Assembly: GCA_951406725.2 (NCBI GenBank)
Contig: OX597840.1
Location: forward strand, 36,828,001-36,892,000
Reading direction: 5' to 3'
Length of the DNA stretch: 64,000 nt
From: Octopus vulgaris
Taxonomy: Eukaryota
Below, piece after piece: positions 40,450 through 55,150 of this stretch; position 1 is the first letter of the stretch; every line of letters starts with the position of its first letter. The position numbers were made by a program, and so were the translations under genes. Below the pieces are notes generated by a model, which saw nothing but the letters and a program-made list of their open reading frames with translations, had not been told where the DNA came from and made no database searches.

Positions 40450-40789
40450 CGTGCACGTGGAAGTGTGAATGTATGATTGTATATATATACGTATGTTTAT
40501 ATGTATAAATGTCTATATATATATATATATATATATTATGTTGCGTGAAAGCATGCAAACATCTTTGTGTATATGGCGATGAAGTTTCGTACACATATAG
40601 ACATACATATGCATGTGTGCGCGTGTGTGTGTGGATATGTTTGTATGTGCATGTACGTATGCATGTTTGTGTGAGTGTGTACGTACGTAGAGTTATGAAC
40701 GCGGGAGGTTTTTGTCTAACTATTGTGAGAATATGGTTGCATGTATTTCTTTATCTTTTTTCTGTTTTTTCTTTTTCTACATGTTAGAG

Positions 40790-41000
40790 TAACTTCCCTT
40801 TTATTGAACGGTTTTTCATAGCGTCTATTGCCATTGATAACCGACGAGAATGCATCGTAGCTCTTCGCTCCGACATTCGAAACTCTGAGTACTATAATGA
40901 TAACCTTCTACTGTTTATTCTAAATTATAACATATATAAATAATCCTATATTTATCTAATATCGAGGTCTCTTCTTTTATTGTCACTTTTTATTTTATTA
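40790..41000 (+). mobile_element. Penelope-like pseudo-LTR fragment related to 207-480
   Basis: Shares CGGTTTTTCATAGCGT, GATAACCGA, GAAACTC.GAGT and AATAT.GAGGTCTCTT; ends at (TA)n. Confidence 0.7.
40832..40899 (+). ncRNA. Type I hammerhead-like motif, CCGACGA core (U4C variant)
   Basis: CATTGATAA-CCGACGA-GAATG...CATTC-GAAA-CTC-T-GAG-T-A-CTATAATG: perfect 5-bp stem II, stem III ACTC-T-GAGT, GUA site, imperfect stem I. Confidence 0.6.
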
Positions 41001-41624
41001 TATATATATATATATATATATATATTCCCACACACACTTATACACAAATGATTGTTATGTATATCTATATATATGAAAATGACGAAACACATTAATTGAA
41101 ACATTATCTAATATATTGAAACGGAGTAACACAATGATGTCATAAAATTAAGGACCTTGGAGAGACGGGAAATAAAATGTTTTTGCGATGGAATTTGATG
41201 TAACTTTATCTACTTCAAGTTCACTCGATATAAAATGAATTATATCACGTCTATATTTGCAAATTTTTGGACAGACCTCTTCGGCAGGCAATAAAGTTTT
41301 ATTGTGTTTTACCAAGCTTGTTATATATATTTTGGTTCATCTTGTAGGTTGGAATTGGTAGTTGCAGTATAGCTGTGGTTTAATGTTGAATGTTTGCAGC
41401 TTACAACGAAAGATCTTTATTGACTGGTTAGCTGAGTGTTCAAAAATAAAGTGCGTGGGGGAGAAAGAATTTGAAAATGCAGAGGGAGAGGAAGAGAAGA
41501 GAAGAAAAATATAAACGCCTGTAAGGCAGTCATGTGCAACAACAGATATATATGTACACACACAGACACACACACACACAGAGATACATATGCAGATGTT
41601 CACACACATATATATGTGTGAACG

Positions 41625-41776
41625 TACGTTCTTCAATGGTTAGCATGTCACCACGCTGAAGGGTAAACAATGACTGTGGGACAACGGCTGGCACTCGGCT
41701 GCGCTCACAGTGATAGCCAAGTCGCGCATGCGCAGGATGAAAAAATTCACTGCGGACAGACCTTTTAAACACCCTG
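41625..41776 (-). mobile_element. 5' end of a Tc1-like transposon
   Basis: TA|CAGGGTGTTTAAAAGGTCTGTCCGC terminus, then ATG...MLTIEERTF (typical transposase HTH start), truncated by a microsatellite. Confidence 0.6.
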
Positions 41777-42770
41777 TATTTATGATGAGGCTATAATAAT
41801 TCCAAAGCAAACTCTTTTTTTCAATATATTTCTATAAGTTTTCTTTTTCACTTCTTGCTTTTTTCTTCACATTTTATATTTATTTTTATAAATACTTTTA
41901 TAGTATTCATATAATGTTTTTCGTATATTGTATTAATTACTTATGTTTTAGCAGAGAATATATTTTAGGTATTGATCTAATTCTATTGACTGATTGATTG
42001 GTTTTTATAATTACATAATTATACATTCAAATTTCTCTCATAATCTTTATAAATTTTCAAACTTGTTATTGTGTTTATTGCCATAAATTTGAAAAGTTAA
42101 CCATTTTGTATAGACTTCAACCGATTGGTACAACTCTCGTTAGACAGATAACACACACATACATTTATATACACATACTTATATATTAAGAAAATGGAGG
42201 CAGTCAGGATTTGGATAACACACACACATACATACATACACACATTCATACATACACACACACACACATACATACATACATATATGGTACAAAAGCTTTG
42301 GATATAAACTATTTATTTACCGTTTTTCCTTTTAAATGATTCATCACGAATCAATTTTCTATAAAAAATTCATACCTATTATATATGGAAAATATCTGGA
42401 GTGGAATGTTTTTCTTGAGCTTTGGGAAGACGATGTTTTGGGCGTGGTTGAGATAGTCATTGTTTGTTAAAGTTTCTATGTGTGTGCATATATGTGTGTA
42501 CATACACACACTCACACACATGTACGTGCTCTATCATACTGATTTCTCTCATTCGAACTCGAGTATGTTGAGTAATTAACTTCTTTGATGTTCGTTTTGT
42601 TTTATCAACCCATATCTAATAGAAATATCACCTTTTTAAGGTTAAGGGACATAGCACATCACAACTTGTTGCTCTCATAGAAGCAGACACATCTACAAAC
42701 GATGTATTATGCATCCATATATGCCTACAAAACCATCCACCCACCAACACATAGCAGCATGCATTCAGAA

Positions 42771-42812
<42 letters not shown>

Positions 42813-43969
42813 ACATATATATATGTAGTCGTCATTATTTTGCCGGCCTCATTGAGGAAGTAGACAGATCAAATCGAAAGTGAAACTAGATTAATTTACA
42901 AAACAATGACATTTATTTAATGGTGATTGGACACGCTTCTCCCTGTGGCGCCATATTTTGTGTTGGATTTCAAGAGACAGATTGTCTCTTACAAATGTAG
43001 TTTCTCTTCTTCTGGCGATGTTTTCAAAGAAGTCAGTTTGTGGATGGGAATCGGGTTTCCTGTCGATTCTCACCTTTTACAAATGTCAACACCTTTTTAT
43101 AAATTTCAATTTTTTCTTCTTACATTGCTATATGGCTAACTGGCAAAACCAGTAATAACAGTCAAGTTGTTCTCTGACTGCTTGGAACAAAACCAATCGG
43201 AGAGGTTTCTCAAGAACACCCTCTCCTTAGGTGGCTGGTTGAGTTGCTAGAAATAGCAGCTCATATATATCACATGCTATCATCTTGCAAACGAAAATGA
43301 CACGTCTTATAATTTTTGTTCCAATGACATTCAGCAGCCTTTGTAAAATACTGCCTTTGTTATAAACACGATTATGGGGAGAGAATTAGTGCGAAGATAA
43401 ATGACAAGAACAAAAATACCAACAACTAAGATAATGAAAGAATCTCTACGAAATCGGTTCTCTTGAATCGATTTGCAAAGAATTGAAAGAACATTAATCA
43501 CAAGGACAAGAACAACAACAACAACAACAACAAAGCACCAAAAGAACATCGTCGCAAACGCCAAAACGTCTTCTAACCACTCCCACCGACACCATTCTCG
43601 CAACCATCAACACCACCCTCACTGCCATAGCCACCACCACCACCACCACCACTTTACCGTTATCTATGGTTTTCTTCGTTTAGTTAATCTTAATAGTTTA
43701 ATAAAGAAGATGAATCTTTAGAAATGCGAATGACCACGCAAAGTGAAACGCCTGCTTCAAAGTTTCGCGCTCACAATTCTCTGGTGTAAATCGTTCGCCA
43801 TTTTGTTCGGAAGGACAACCAAACATCCTGTAATCTATTTAACCCTAATTCTCCGGACTAATTATAATTAGATCTCTAATAAATAAATAGATATACAAAT
43901 AAGAACCGTAGCAGTGCTTGACTCGAATGAACCCAGCCTTTTTAAAATCAGAATATATTGCAAGTAGTT

Positions 43970-44860
43970 TATAATCTCAAGTAAGGTTAGCCTCAAAGCC
44001 CTGTTGTTACATAATGGTAAAGAAAAACCTTCCATTCGTGTAAGTCATGTTGTCGTTATGGAAGAAACTTATGAATCGTTGGAACTCATTCTGAAAGGAG
44101 TTCATCACTCAATGCATCGTACCAGAAATATGTGCTTCTTGTGTGTTTGGAATAGTCACGATAACAGCAATCATGACACTGTAAAAGACTGGCCAAAAAG
44201 AGATGAGCAAATAGTTGGTCGGTACAATGTGCATCATATGCGACTGGTAGACCCGAAAAAGATATTCCTTCCAACCCTTCACATCAAACTCGGTCTCATG
44301 ATGAAAAATTTCGTAAATAGCAATGACACACGATGGTTGTTGCTTCCAGTACTTTAAAGGAAAATTTGGTGCAGAGCAAAGTGACGTAAAACTGAAATCA
44401 GGCATTTTCATTGGACTCGAGATCAGAGAATTGATGTCTGATAGCAAATTCAGAGGTAAACCGAATCCAGTTGAGCTGACGGCATGGGATTCATTCGTAT
44501 TAGTGGTACAGAACTTTCCTGGAAATAATAAAGCTGAAAACTATGCTGAACATATACAAAATTCAGTGAGTATTCCCTCAACAAGAATACACTATGTACC
44601 ATTATATTATAATACTATTTGCCCTGAACATTAAATTTACTCTATATAGTACTAATATACCATTATAATAATTATTTACATTGAACTTAACTATTCCTGA
44701 AACTAATAAAGTATTAAGATATAATTATGCACATAAATCCAAATCCTGACATGCTACAGCAATTCTGAATTCAGATTCGGAATCAGTGTATTCGATTTAG
44801 TTTAGTAAAGCATCATTATTTTGGGAAGCAGACAATAAATTGTTTTTCTGTTGCCCAGGG
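43970..44860 (+). mobile_element. Chapaev3-like (CMC superfamily) transposase remnant with 3' terminus
   Basis: SSKVSLKALLLHNGKEKPSI...ETYE...CFLCVWNS...WP.R...KIFLPTLHIKLGLMMKNFV, then KLKSGIFIGLEIRELM...AWDSFVLVVQNFPGNNKAENY. Internal deletions; ends TGTTGCCCAGGG. Confidence 0.75.
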
Positions 44861-45973
44861 TTATTTTTCGCAATGACAATTGGTTTCGCTATGCAACCAA
44901 CTGACCTACCTAACCGCTGAATTAGTATGTACCTAGCTGGGTATTTCGTAGACAATTGTAGTATTAAAGCAAATCGGAGGCAGAAGTTACAGTGTGAGTG
45001 GAACCATCCTAGGATTTTAAATTTTACGGACAATCCATTGGGTGACCTTTCATCTGGTTAAGGTCAACTCAATTTAACGGATACGGGTTGGGTGAACTGA
45101 AAGCTTGGGAAAGACGACTGCGCAATGTCCAATGCAACAGGAGTGAACTTTGGATCGCGCGATTACAATGCAAGCTCTATGGTTATTCGGAGATTACTCG
45201 GAGTTATTCATGAGAGTAACTTGATCTGATTGTCCAAGCTAAAATAATTGCATTATAGGCAACCATAACAGTCATTTAAATACCCTCAGCACTCATATAC
45301 ACATACGCACAAAGCTTGTATTCTAGCAAGAACCAGTGATAACAACGGACATTTGTTTTGTATACAGTATGACCTCGTCAGCGGAGCAGAGACTTCGCAG
45401 TAATTTGCCAAGTAGCAACGGGTGTATACGTACGTAAGCGTATAAAATGGTGCATCGCTTACATTAGAAAGCAAAACCACTTTTACGATATATAATGCTA
45501 TTAGGATATATTTGAAACCATTAATTTTCAAGAGTCAGTGAAGATATTCTGAATGGAACGAAATACCATTTTATGTTTCAGGTTTATTAATTATTTTTTC
45601 TGCTAATTTCCCGTCGATCTGAGGTAAACTTTGCTTTGGTCTTTTCGTAAGCACGTGTAGTCTTGATTAAAACAAGGGACGTTCCAGACAATAACCAAAA
45701 GAAGAACAATTCTTAGATTATTTCGAAATGATATTAAAATAAGAAATTCGAAAATAAAGAATAAAAAATAATACAAGATTAGACAAGGAGAAAAAAATAC
45801 CAATAAAACAAAGGGCAATATTATCAATCTAATTTCATTGGCTTGTTTGATAATATCAGTAACAGCGCCCTCTATCTTCCCCAACTCTCTGCACCTCTTT
45901 TCCTGTTTCTCCCCTCCGCTCTCCACACCATCAAAAAACACACAAATCACTAAAACAACCTGACAACAACTTC

Positions 45974-46005
<32 letters not shown>

Positions 46006-46357
46006 TAATAATAATAATAATAATAATAATGATAATAATAATAATAATAATAATGTTGGTAAAAATACGAGTAATGAAGAGACTTTTTTAAAGTTTATTT
46101 TTGCACATCAAAATCTCTTGTTTCTTCAAGTTTTAATCCTTTCTTTGATAATTTTACTTTGTTTTACTATTATTGTTATTTTTACTTTTTTGTTATGAGG
46201 TTTTGTGTTTGTGTATTTCATTGTAAGTTTTATATTTTTTTTGGCTTCTTTTTCTTTTTCTCAATTATTGATGTGAACAGAATAAATAAACTAGAAATAA
46301 ATAAATAAATGAACGAAGAAGGGATGAAAGAAAGAGAGAAAGGAAAAATGCAGATAG

Positions 46358-46400
<43 letters not shown>

Positions 46401-47064
46401 ATGGGATAAAATGGACAACGAGAGACAGACATGAACAGACAACAAGACAGAGAGAGAGAGAGTGTTTGTGTGAGAGTAAGAGAGAGGAAAGGGAGAAAGT
46501 ATGGAAGATAACAACAGGTAAAGATAAGGAGAGAGTGACAAGGAAGAAGAGAGGAAGAGAGGGAGACATTGAGAGAAAGGAAGACAGAGGGAGGGAGATA
46601 GACAAAAAAAGAGAGACAGGTAGAGTGGGTATGAAAGAAAGAGAGAGTGAGAATATGAAAAGAAAGATGGCGGCAGTGACGGAGAATTTGTGAAGAGAAA
46701 TAAAAAAACAAACAAACCACGAAATACAAGAAAATGAAATAAATAAATAAAAATATGAAAGATAATTAAAAAAAATTGCTTTGACGACGTCTTTTGGTGA
46801 TTTTTTTCGAGTGATTCAATTCCAGATAACATTATTAAGAAAAAAAAATGGAGAAAATATGCGAGAGTGGTAGACATACATACATGTGTGCATATACACA
46901 TACACACATATACAGATGTATAGATGTACGAGTATGTATACATATATATACATAACACACACACACATATATATATATATGTATATGTGTGTGTGTAGAC
47001 ATTTATGTGCATGTATATGTATATGCATATATACATATGTATATATATATGTGCGTGTATGTAA

Positions 47065-47102
<38 letters not shown>

Positions 47103-47201
47103 GTTTATATACATATGCATCCATATATGTGTGTGAATATATATCTATGTTTGTATGTGTCTGTGTATGTAAGCATGTATATTATATATATATATATATA
47201 T

Positions 47202-47412
47202 ATTTCTTTACTACCCACAAGCGGCTAAACACAGAGGGGACAAACAAGGATAGAGAAGCAGATTAAGTCGATTACATCGACCCCAGTGCGTAACTGGTAC
47301 TTAATTTATCGACCCCAAAGGGTGAAAGGCAAAGTCGACCTCGGCAGAATTTGAACTCAGAACGTAACGGTAGGCGAAATACGGCTACGCATTTCGCCCG
47401 GCGTGCTAACGT
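47202..47412 (-). mobile_element. MetaSINE-like family B monomer (tail type 1) inserted in (TA)n
   Basis: Matches the family B consensus; 5' end slightly truncated. Confidence 0.88.
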
Positions 47413-47417
47413 GTCCA

Positions 47418-47457
<40 letters not shown>

Positions 47458-47849
47458 TGTAGCGAAAGTGACTTGACGAAGGAGTGACGGGAACCTTTAG
47501 TGCCATAGATCATCAAATTCCCCACATAGGTAGAAAAATTACAATCCTTCTCTTCCACAAAAGGTTACTTAATCTACAGAGTTTCCATAGCAAGCAAAGC
47601 TAATTTCCCCATCGTTGAACCGAACCCTCGAATCCTTTCCACACAAATTCACCTCTACCCGGTTCTACCCACTAATTCACACTCCGTTTCACATGGCCTG
47701 TATCATCTTACCGTTGTGCGCTCATACGCTCACACTTGCATATATACACACACATACCATCTATATATTTGTGTACGTATGCGTGTACATGTATCAGCGC
47801 TTACCAGTATATGTATGTACATGTATGCACATATATATATATATATATA

Positions 47850-48178
47850 TGTGTAGTAAGCAATTTGCTTACCAACGAAATGGTTCGAGGTTCAGTCTCA
47901 CTGTGTAGCATCTTGGGTCGACCAAAACCTCCTCAATATATGTGATAGACGGACACTGAAAGCCCGTCGTATGTATATATCTATGTGTGTGTCTTTGTGT
48001 CCGTTTGTCTCCTCCGGTGTTGGTGAGTTTACGCCCCTGTAACTTAGTGGTTCTGTGACAGAATAAATACTAGCCTCAAAAAAGTCCTGGGGTAGATTTG
48101 TTCGTCTAAAAACCCCTCAAGGCGGTGCTCTAGCATGGTTGCAGTCAAGTAACTAAAACAAGCAAAAGAATAAAAGAA
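47850..48178 (+). mobile_element. Degenerate SINE family A copy
   Basis: TGTGTAGTAAG...GGTTCAGTCTCACTG...ACTGAAAGCCCGTCG...GGCGGTGCTCTAGCATGG...AAAAGAATAAAAGA. Confidence 0.8.
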
Positions 48179-48249
48179 TATATATATATATATATATATA
48201 TATATTCGTGGATTCCACCGAATGTAATGCAAATGTGGTCATAGGTTTT

Positions 48250-49000
48250 TCATTCATTCAAATAGATTGTTGTGGCTGTAAATTTGGCTGAATTAATTCC
48301 CCCTCTATACAAAGATGCTATTCAGAACGGATACCATTACAAGCGATCCGTTTGCACCTTCACTGTACAAGGGATGCAACGAGACTTGTATCCCCTTGTT
48401 CATGATGACTTTCACTTCGTCTGTGTTATCTAATCATTGTCAACTGGGCCGAATACGTGAAAGGGAAGGGGCGCTAGATCCCGAATGTATAGCGTACGGT
48501 GGACGACTGTCCTGCGACTCTGTCTGATTGGTTGCCAAAGATGTATGTTATGCATTATTGTGTGAATGTAGTTTGTGGAATCTGGTTGAGTCTCTTCTGT
48601 TTAATAGTGTGAGGGTTGCAATCCACTGCTCACTGTTCACTGTACAACTACTATGGAGAAAACCAAGAAGTTGCCATGTTTGTTATTCCCAAAATACAGC
48701 CTCCATGATTTTATTTGTTGATATCTGTCTCTTGAACTACTTAGAATTTGGAGATATGGTGTGGCGCCATTTCATGAAGTGGTCCCTCGATTCCGGAATA
48801 GCGTTGTAGCGAAAATGGTACTGCCCTTCCCACGTGACAAAATCACTAAAAAGCCAGGCAGTCAGTCCTTGTAGGTGGTCAATAGAAGTAGAGTCGCTGT
48901 ACGAGTTCTCAGTTGGACTCAGTGTCACTTACTTGAAATATACGTGTTCGAGTTACCGTCAAGGTAGACGTTGTCTTGAGGACCCATCAGCGATAGCACG
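48250..49000 (-). mobile_element. Decayed mariner transposase (DD34D catalytic region)
   Basis: PESRDHFMKWRHTISPNSK*FKRQISTNKIMEAVFWE...TVNSEQWIATL...HNNA*HTS...PPY...DEVK matches the mariner pattern PESKRQSMEW.H..SP..KKFK..SAGK.MATVFWD..HDNARPHT..HPPYSPDL. Confidence 0.8.
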
Positions 49001-49443
49001 GTAGACAAGTCAAAGAAAATAAGACACGGAATACCGTATGAATATCTAGAACTATATACATATTATATATATATATATATATATAAGCATACATATACAT
49101 ACATACACATATATATACACATGCATACCCATATATATGTGTATATATACATACATGCATACACACATGTTTATATATATATATATATATAGATAAAAGT
49201 ATACAATCATACATAAATGATTTCACCATTCCAAAATTACTTTCACTATTGAAGATTATGACGGATAGAAAGCGTATTCACGCAGACGCTTACACACATG
49301 AGCCCACGTACACACATGTATGAATGCATATACACCTATTCACATATACACTTATTACTCTATGTGGCACACAGAGATATATTCATTTACACGTACATAT
49401 ATGCCAAAATAGGAGCCATACAGACGCAGCGTGTATGAGTGCA

Positions 49444-50780
<1,337 letters not shown>

Positions 50781-50934
50781 ATGTACACATACACACATAG
50801 ACAAGCATGTATGTATATATATATCGATACACACAAATAATAAACGTTTATTTATCTATACACACGCTTAAGACGTTCGGAAACGTATTTATACACAGAT
50901 ATGTAATCACACATATACACCCGTCTATTTATGA

Positions 50935-50973
<39 letters not shown>

Positions 50974-51560
50974 CGTACATTCATTTCTATATTTTTCATA
51001 AGCAGAATTAATGAAATGCTCTTCTGTCATAAATGGTAAGTCGACAGTTCTTGGAGAAACTCAGAACAAAACATCAAAACGCGCGAAAAGGTATTGGTAA
51101 AGTGTAATGTGAGTTCAAATAACACACCACCCCTACCACCTCCACTACCACCACCTTCATCATCATCGACAACAGCAGTAGTAGTACTGGCTCCATCGCC
51201 ACGACCACTACCCCCGATCACCACCACTACTCATACAAATAACAAAAACAACAACAACAACAACAACAAGGGAAATGGCGAAACCATTCAAGTATTTTAC
51301 TAACATAAACAACATCAAGAAAAACACCAACAGAAGCAACAAAGAATACATTATCCACATTAATACAGTAAATTCACAGAACACACACACACGCATACAA
51401 AGACACACACAGATACACACACACACAAACAGCGATGATTAAGGAGGCAAGGAAAATCAAAGGATTCCAAACAAATAGATCAATAAATTAATATATAATT
51501 AAATACACAAATAAACAAATAAATAAATTATACGTCCTGGAATTGAAGTGGTTAAATCAT

Positions 51561-51617
<57 letters not shown>

Positions 51618-51782
51618 GATATGGCTGTGTGGTAAGAAGCTTTCTTCCCAACGATATGGTTCAGTCCCACTGCGTGGCACCTTGGTCAAATGTCTTCTAC
51701 TATTGCCGCTGGTCGACCAAAAGTGGATTTGGTAGACGGAAACTGAAAGAAGCCCGTCGTGTATATATATATATATATATAT

Positions 51783-52070
51783 ATGGAGTTGTACGTGCAT
51801 AGCAAGAGACCTGATCTGAGATCGTGTGCTGGAACGAAAACAATTGCAACGTGGAAGGTATTTATAAGTCATTTAAGAAACACACAAAAACCGTTAGATT
51901 CACTTCGACTTTTAAATTTAAATTGCCAAAATATTTTCATCGCTTTGAGACCGCAGTCTCAAAGTGACGAAAATAATTTGGCAAATTAAATTTAAATGTT
52001 GAAGTGAATCTAAGGTTTTTGTGTGTTTCTTAAAGGGCCTATAAACACCTTCCACACTGCAATGGTTGAT
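51783..52070. mobile_element. Asymmetric foldback terminal repeat (arms about 51841-51951 / 51956-52065)
   Basis: About 110-bp imperfect inverted repeat with a CGCA loop. Each arm read outward gives GTCTCAAAG.GA.GAAAATA.TTTGGCA, resembling the 3' half of a hammerhead (GAAA + palindromic AATATT). Confidence 0.75.
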
Positions 52071-52454
52071 ATATATATATATACACACACACACATGTAT
52101 ATATATATAAATATATATATACACATTTATATATATAAATATATACACATTTATATATATACACATATATATACACACACACTCATATATACACACTCAT
52201 ATATATATATGCACACACACACACACATATATATACATATATACATATATATATATACATATATATATACATATATATATATACATATATACATATATAT
52301 ATACATATACATATATATATACATATATATATACATATATACATATATATACATATATATATACATATATACATATATATACATATATACATATATATAC
52401 ATATATATATACATATATATATATACATATATACATATATACATATATATATAC

Positions 52455-52499
<45 letters not shown>

Positions 52500-52706
52500 C
52501 ACACATATATACACACACACATATATACATATATACATATATATGCACACTCATATATATATATACACACACACATATATATATATATATACATACATAT
52601 ATATATATGTACGTATATTTACATATATACATATATATACATATATATATACATATATATACTATATATACATATATATACTATATATACATATATATAC
52701 TATATA

Positions 52707-53040
52707 AAGACCCCCTTCGGTCATGAATGACCATGGGATTGCAACTAGAAAGTTACCCTCCTAGACACAAGTCCGGGCAAGGTTGTTTATGGAAGACTAG
52801 CAGTCGCCCATGCATACCAGCCTCCCCTCTCCACGCCACCAGTGTTATCCAAGGGAAAGACAAAGGTCGATACAGCTTGGCACCTGTGACGTCGCAACTC
52901 ATTTCTACAGCTGAGTGAACTGGAGCAACGTGAAATAAAGTGCCTTGCTCAAGAACACAACACGCAGCCTGGTCCGGGATTCGAGCTCACAACCTCACGA
53001 TCGTAAGCTCGACGCTCTAACCACTGAGCCATGCGCCTTC
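52707..53040 (-). mobile_element. V-SINE-like tRNA SINE (family D), full length
   Basis: Head GAAGGCGCATGGCTCAGTGGTTAGAGCG...GCTCGAATCCC, V-domain-like GTGTTCTTGAGCAAGGCACTTTATTTCACGTTGCTCCAGTTCACTCAGCTGTA, and a possible 12-bp TSD ATATACTATATA (low complexity). Confidence 0.85.
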
Positions 53041-53631
53041 ATATACTATATATACATATATATATACATATGTATACTATATATACATATATATACATAT
53101 ATATATATGTATACACACACACACATATATATATACTCAAATGTATAAATATGTACGTGTTTGTTGTTTGTGTCTGTGTTTGTTCCTCCACCATCGCTTG
53201 ACAACCGATTTTGGTGTGTTTAAGCCCTCGTCACCTAGCGGTTCATCAAAAAGAGAACGATAGAATAAGTACTTGGTTTGCAGAAAATAAGTTATGGGGG
53301 CGATTTATACGACTAAAGGTGATGCTGCAGCATGGCCGCAGTCAAATGACTGAAACAAGTAAAAGCGTGTATATGTCTGTGTATATATATTCTTTTACAC
53401 TTTTATTTGTTCCAGCCATTTGACTGCGGCCATGCTGGAGCACCACCTTTAGTGGAACCAATCGACACTAGGTCGTATTCTTATAAGCCTACTACTTCTT
53501 CTCCTGGTGTCTTTTGCCGATCTGCTAAGTAACGGGGACGTAAACACACCAACATCGGTGGTCAAGCAATGATAAGGGGTGGGGCGACAAACATAGACAC
53601 ACAGACAAATGTATATATATATATATATACA

Positions 53632-53840
53632 TAAAGTTAATCCAAACAAGAAAGCACAAAAAAACACAACAACGCGAGGACGTGGAACAAATATAGTATT
53701 ATTGGACGCTCAGGAAAGAAGGGAAGAAGGAGGGTTTAACGTTTCCAGCGGAGCTCTTCGTCGGAAACATAGGAGAAGGAAAGATCCCGAAAAGGGAAGA
53801 CAGAGGAAAAACATCGCCAACGGTACACACGCGGTCACAT
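53632..53840 (-). mobile_element. Penelope-like pseudo-LTR fragment carrying a hammerhead-like motif
   Basis: Shares GTATTA...CGCTCAGGAA and the GAGC/GCTC-type motif with the copies at 8578 and 40061; abuts (TA)n. Confidence 0.62.
53734..53768 (-). ncRNA. Minimal hammerhead-like motif, CCGACGA core (U4C variant)
   Basis: GTTT-CCGACGA-A-GAGC-TCC-GCTG-GAAA-CG-T-T-AAAC: 4-bp stem I, stem II with one terminal mismatch, palindromic ACGT, GUU site. Confidence 0.55.
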
Positions 53841-54496
53841 ACGACGTGCTTCTCACTGAACCCGGAACCATGTGGTTGGTAAGCAAGTTACTTACCATAT
53901 AGATGCGTATGCGCTTTTGTGTGTGTGCTCGTGTGTCTGTACAGAGGAAGTACCTAAACCTAGAAGTAGCGACATAAAATACCGCAAATTCAGCGAATTT
54001 CTTGTAGTGGTGTTCTCCTCCTCCTCCTCCTCCTACTACTACTACTACTACTAATAATAATTACAATGGTTTTCCTCTTAAAACTAATGATAACAGCAGA
54101 ATAGAGAAACGGCTGCAACAACCAAAACAAATAAGATGGAAAATTTGAAAACTGAAAATGTTCAGATGTAAAGCTATGGAGACGTACTTCGGTAACGAGG
54201 TAAAGCCAAGACACACACACACAACACACACGTCACACACACGTGTGTGTGTATATATATATAAAGAGCATTAAAGGAAGCTGGGTAGAGAGAAGGCGGT
54301 GGCGGAGGGCAGCAAAGAACGGAAGAGAGGTTAGTGAGTGCAATTCTCCTCCATGAATGGTTCGTTTCAGTTTGAGTGTCATTCCAAATAAATTAAATTT
54401 ATTTTGGAAGAAGACATTCTTTAAAAAACAAGCGTAATGGAGAAAGACATAAAAGTTGTTGGTAGGAGTGAAGAGATTTTTTTCTAAATGTGTGTG

Positions 54497-54541
<45 letters not shown>

Positions 54542-54986
54542 ATATGTATGTATGTCTGTGTGTGTGTCGCTCATAATTTACGTCCGTAATTGAAATATCC
54601 CCGGAGTTTTAGAATAACAGAAATAGAATATAATAGTTGATGGTCGTGTTTGTGTGTATGTGTGTGTATTTGTAATGGTTGTGAGTGTGCATGTGTGTGC
54701 GTGAGTGTGTGTTTGTATGTATTTTAAGGTGTTTGGAGTGCTTCGTTTACGCATGCGTGAGTATATGCGAGTAGTAGTACTGTCCTTGTATTTGTGAGCG
54801 TGTGTGAGACTCAGCTATATGCACTTGTGTCTGTATGTATACATTGTGTGTGCGTGTGTGTGTGTGTATGTGCGTGTGTGTGTGTGTGTGTGTATACGTT
54901 TGTATATTTGCTTCTATGCGAGAAAGTTTGTTTTCTGTGTTTTTCGTTTATTCTTCATTTGATAGTGTAGTTATGCCGAGTTACAT

Positions 54987-55084
54987 GCTGCTGCTGCTGC
55001 TGCTGCTGCTGATACTACCACTACTACTACTACTACTGCTGCTGCTACTGCTGCTACTGCTGCTACTGCTGCTGCTGTTGTTGT
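54987..55084. repeat. Compound (CTG)/(CTA) trinucleotide repeat
   Basis: Seen directly. Confidence 0.95.
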
Positions 55085-55150
55085 TAAGCAACAAGACGGG
55101 TGAGGGGGATTGGGTGATGGTCTAGGGCTTAGGGGCGGGAGAACCCAGAC

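Larger units (their letters stand above)
51622..53366 (+). mobile_element. Single family A SINE split by nested insertions (5' half 51622-51760, 3' half 53160-53366)
   Basis: The 5' half ends at GAAGCCCGTCG, exactly where the internal microsatellite begins in intact copies; the 3' half resumes at TGTGTCTGTGTTTGT.CC. Confidence 0.75.
53391..53898 (-). mobile_element. Family A SINE (3' half 53391-53608, 5' remnant 53855-53898) interrupted by a pseudo-LTR
   Basis: Both pieces match the family A consensus in the same orientation. Confidence 0.7.
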
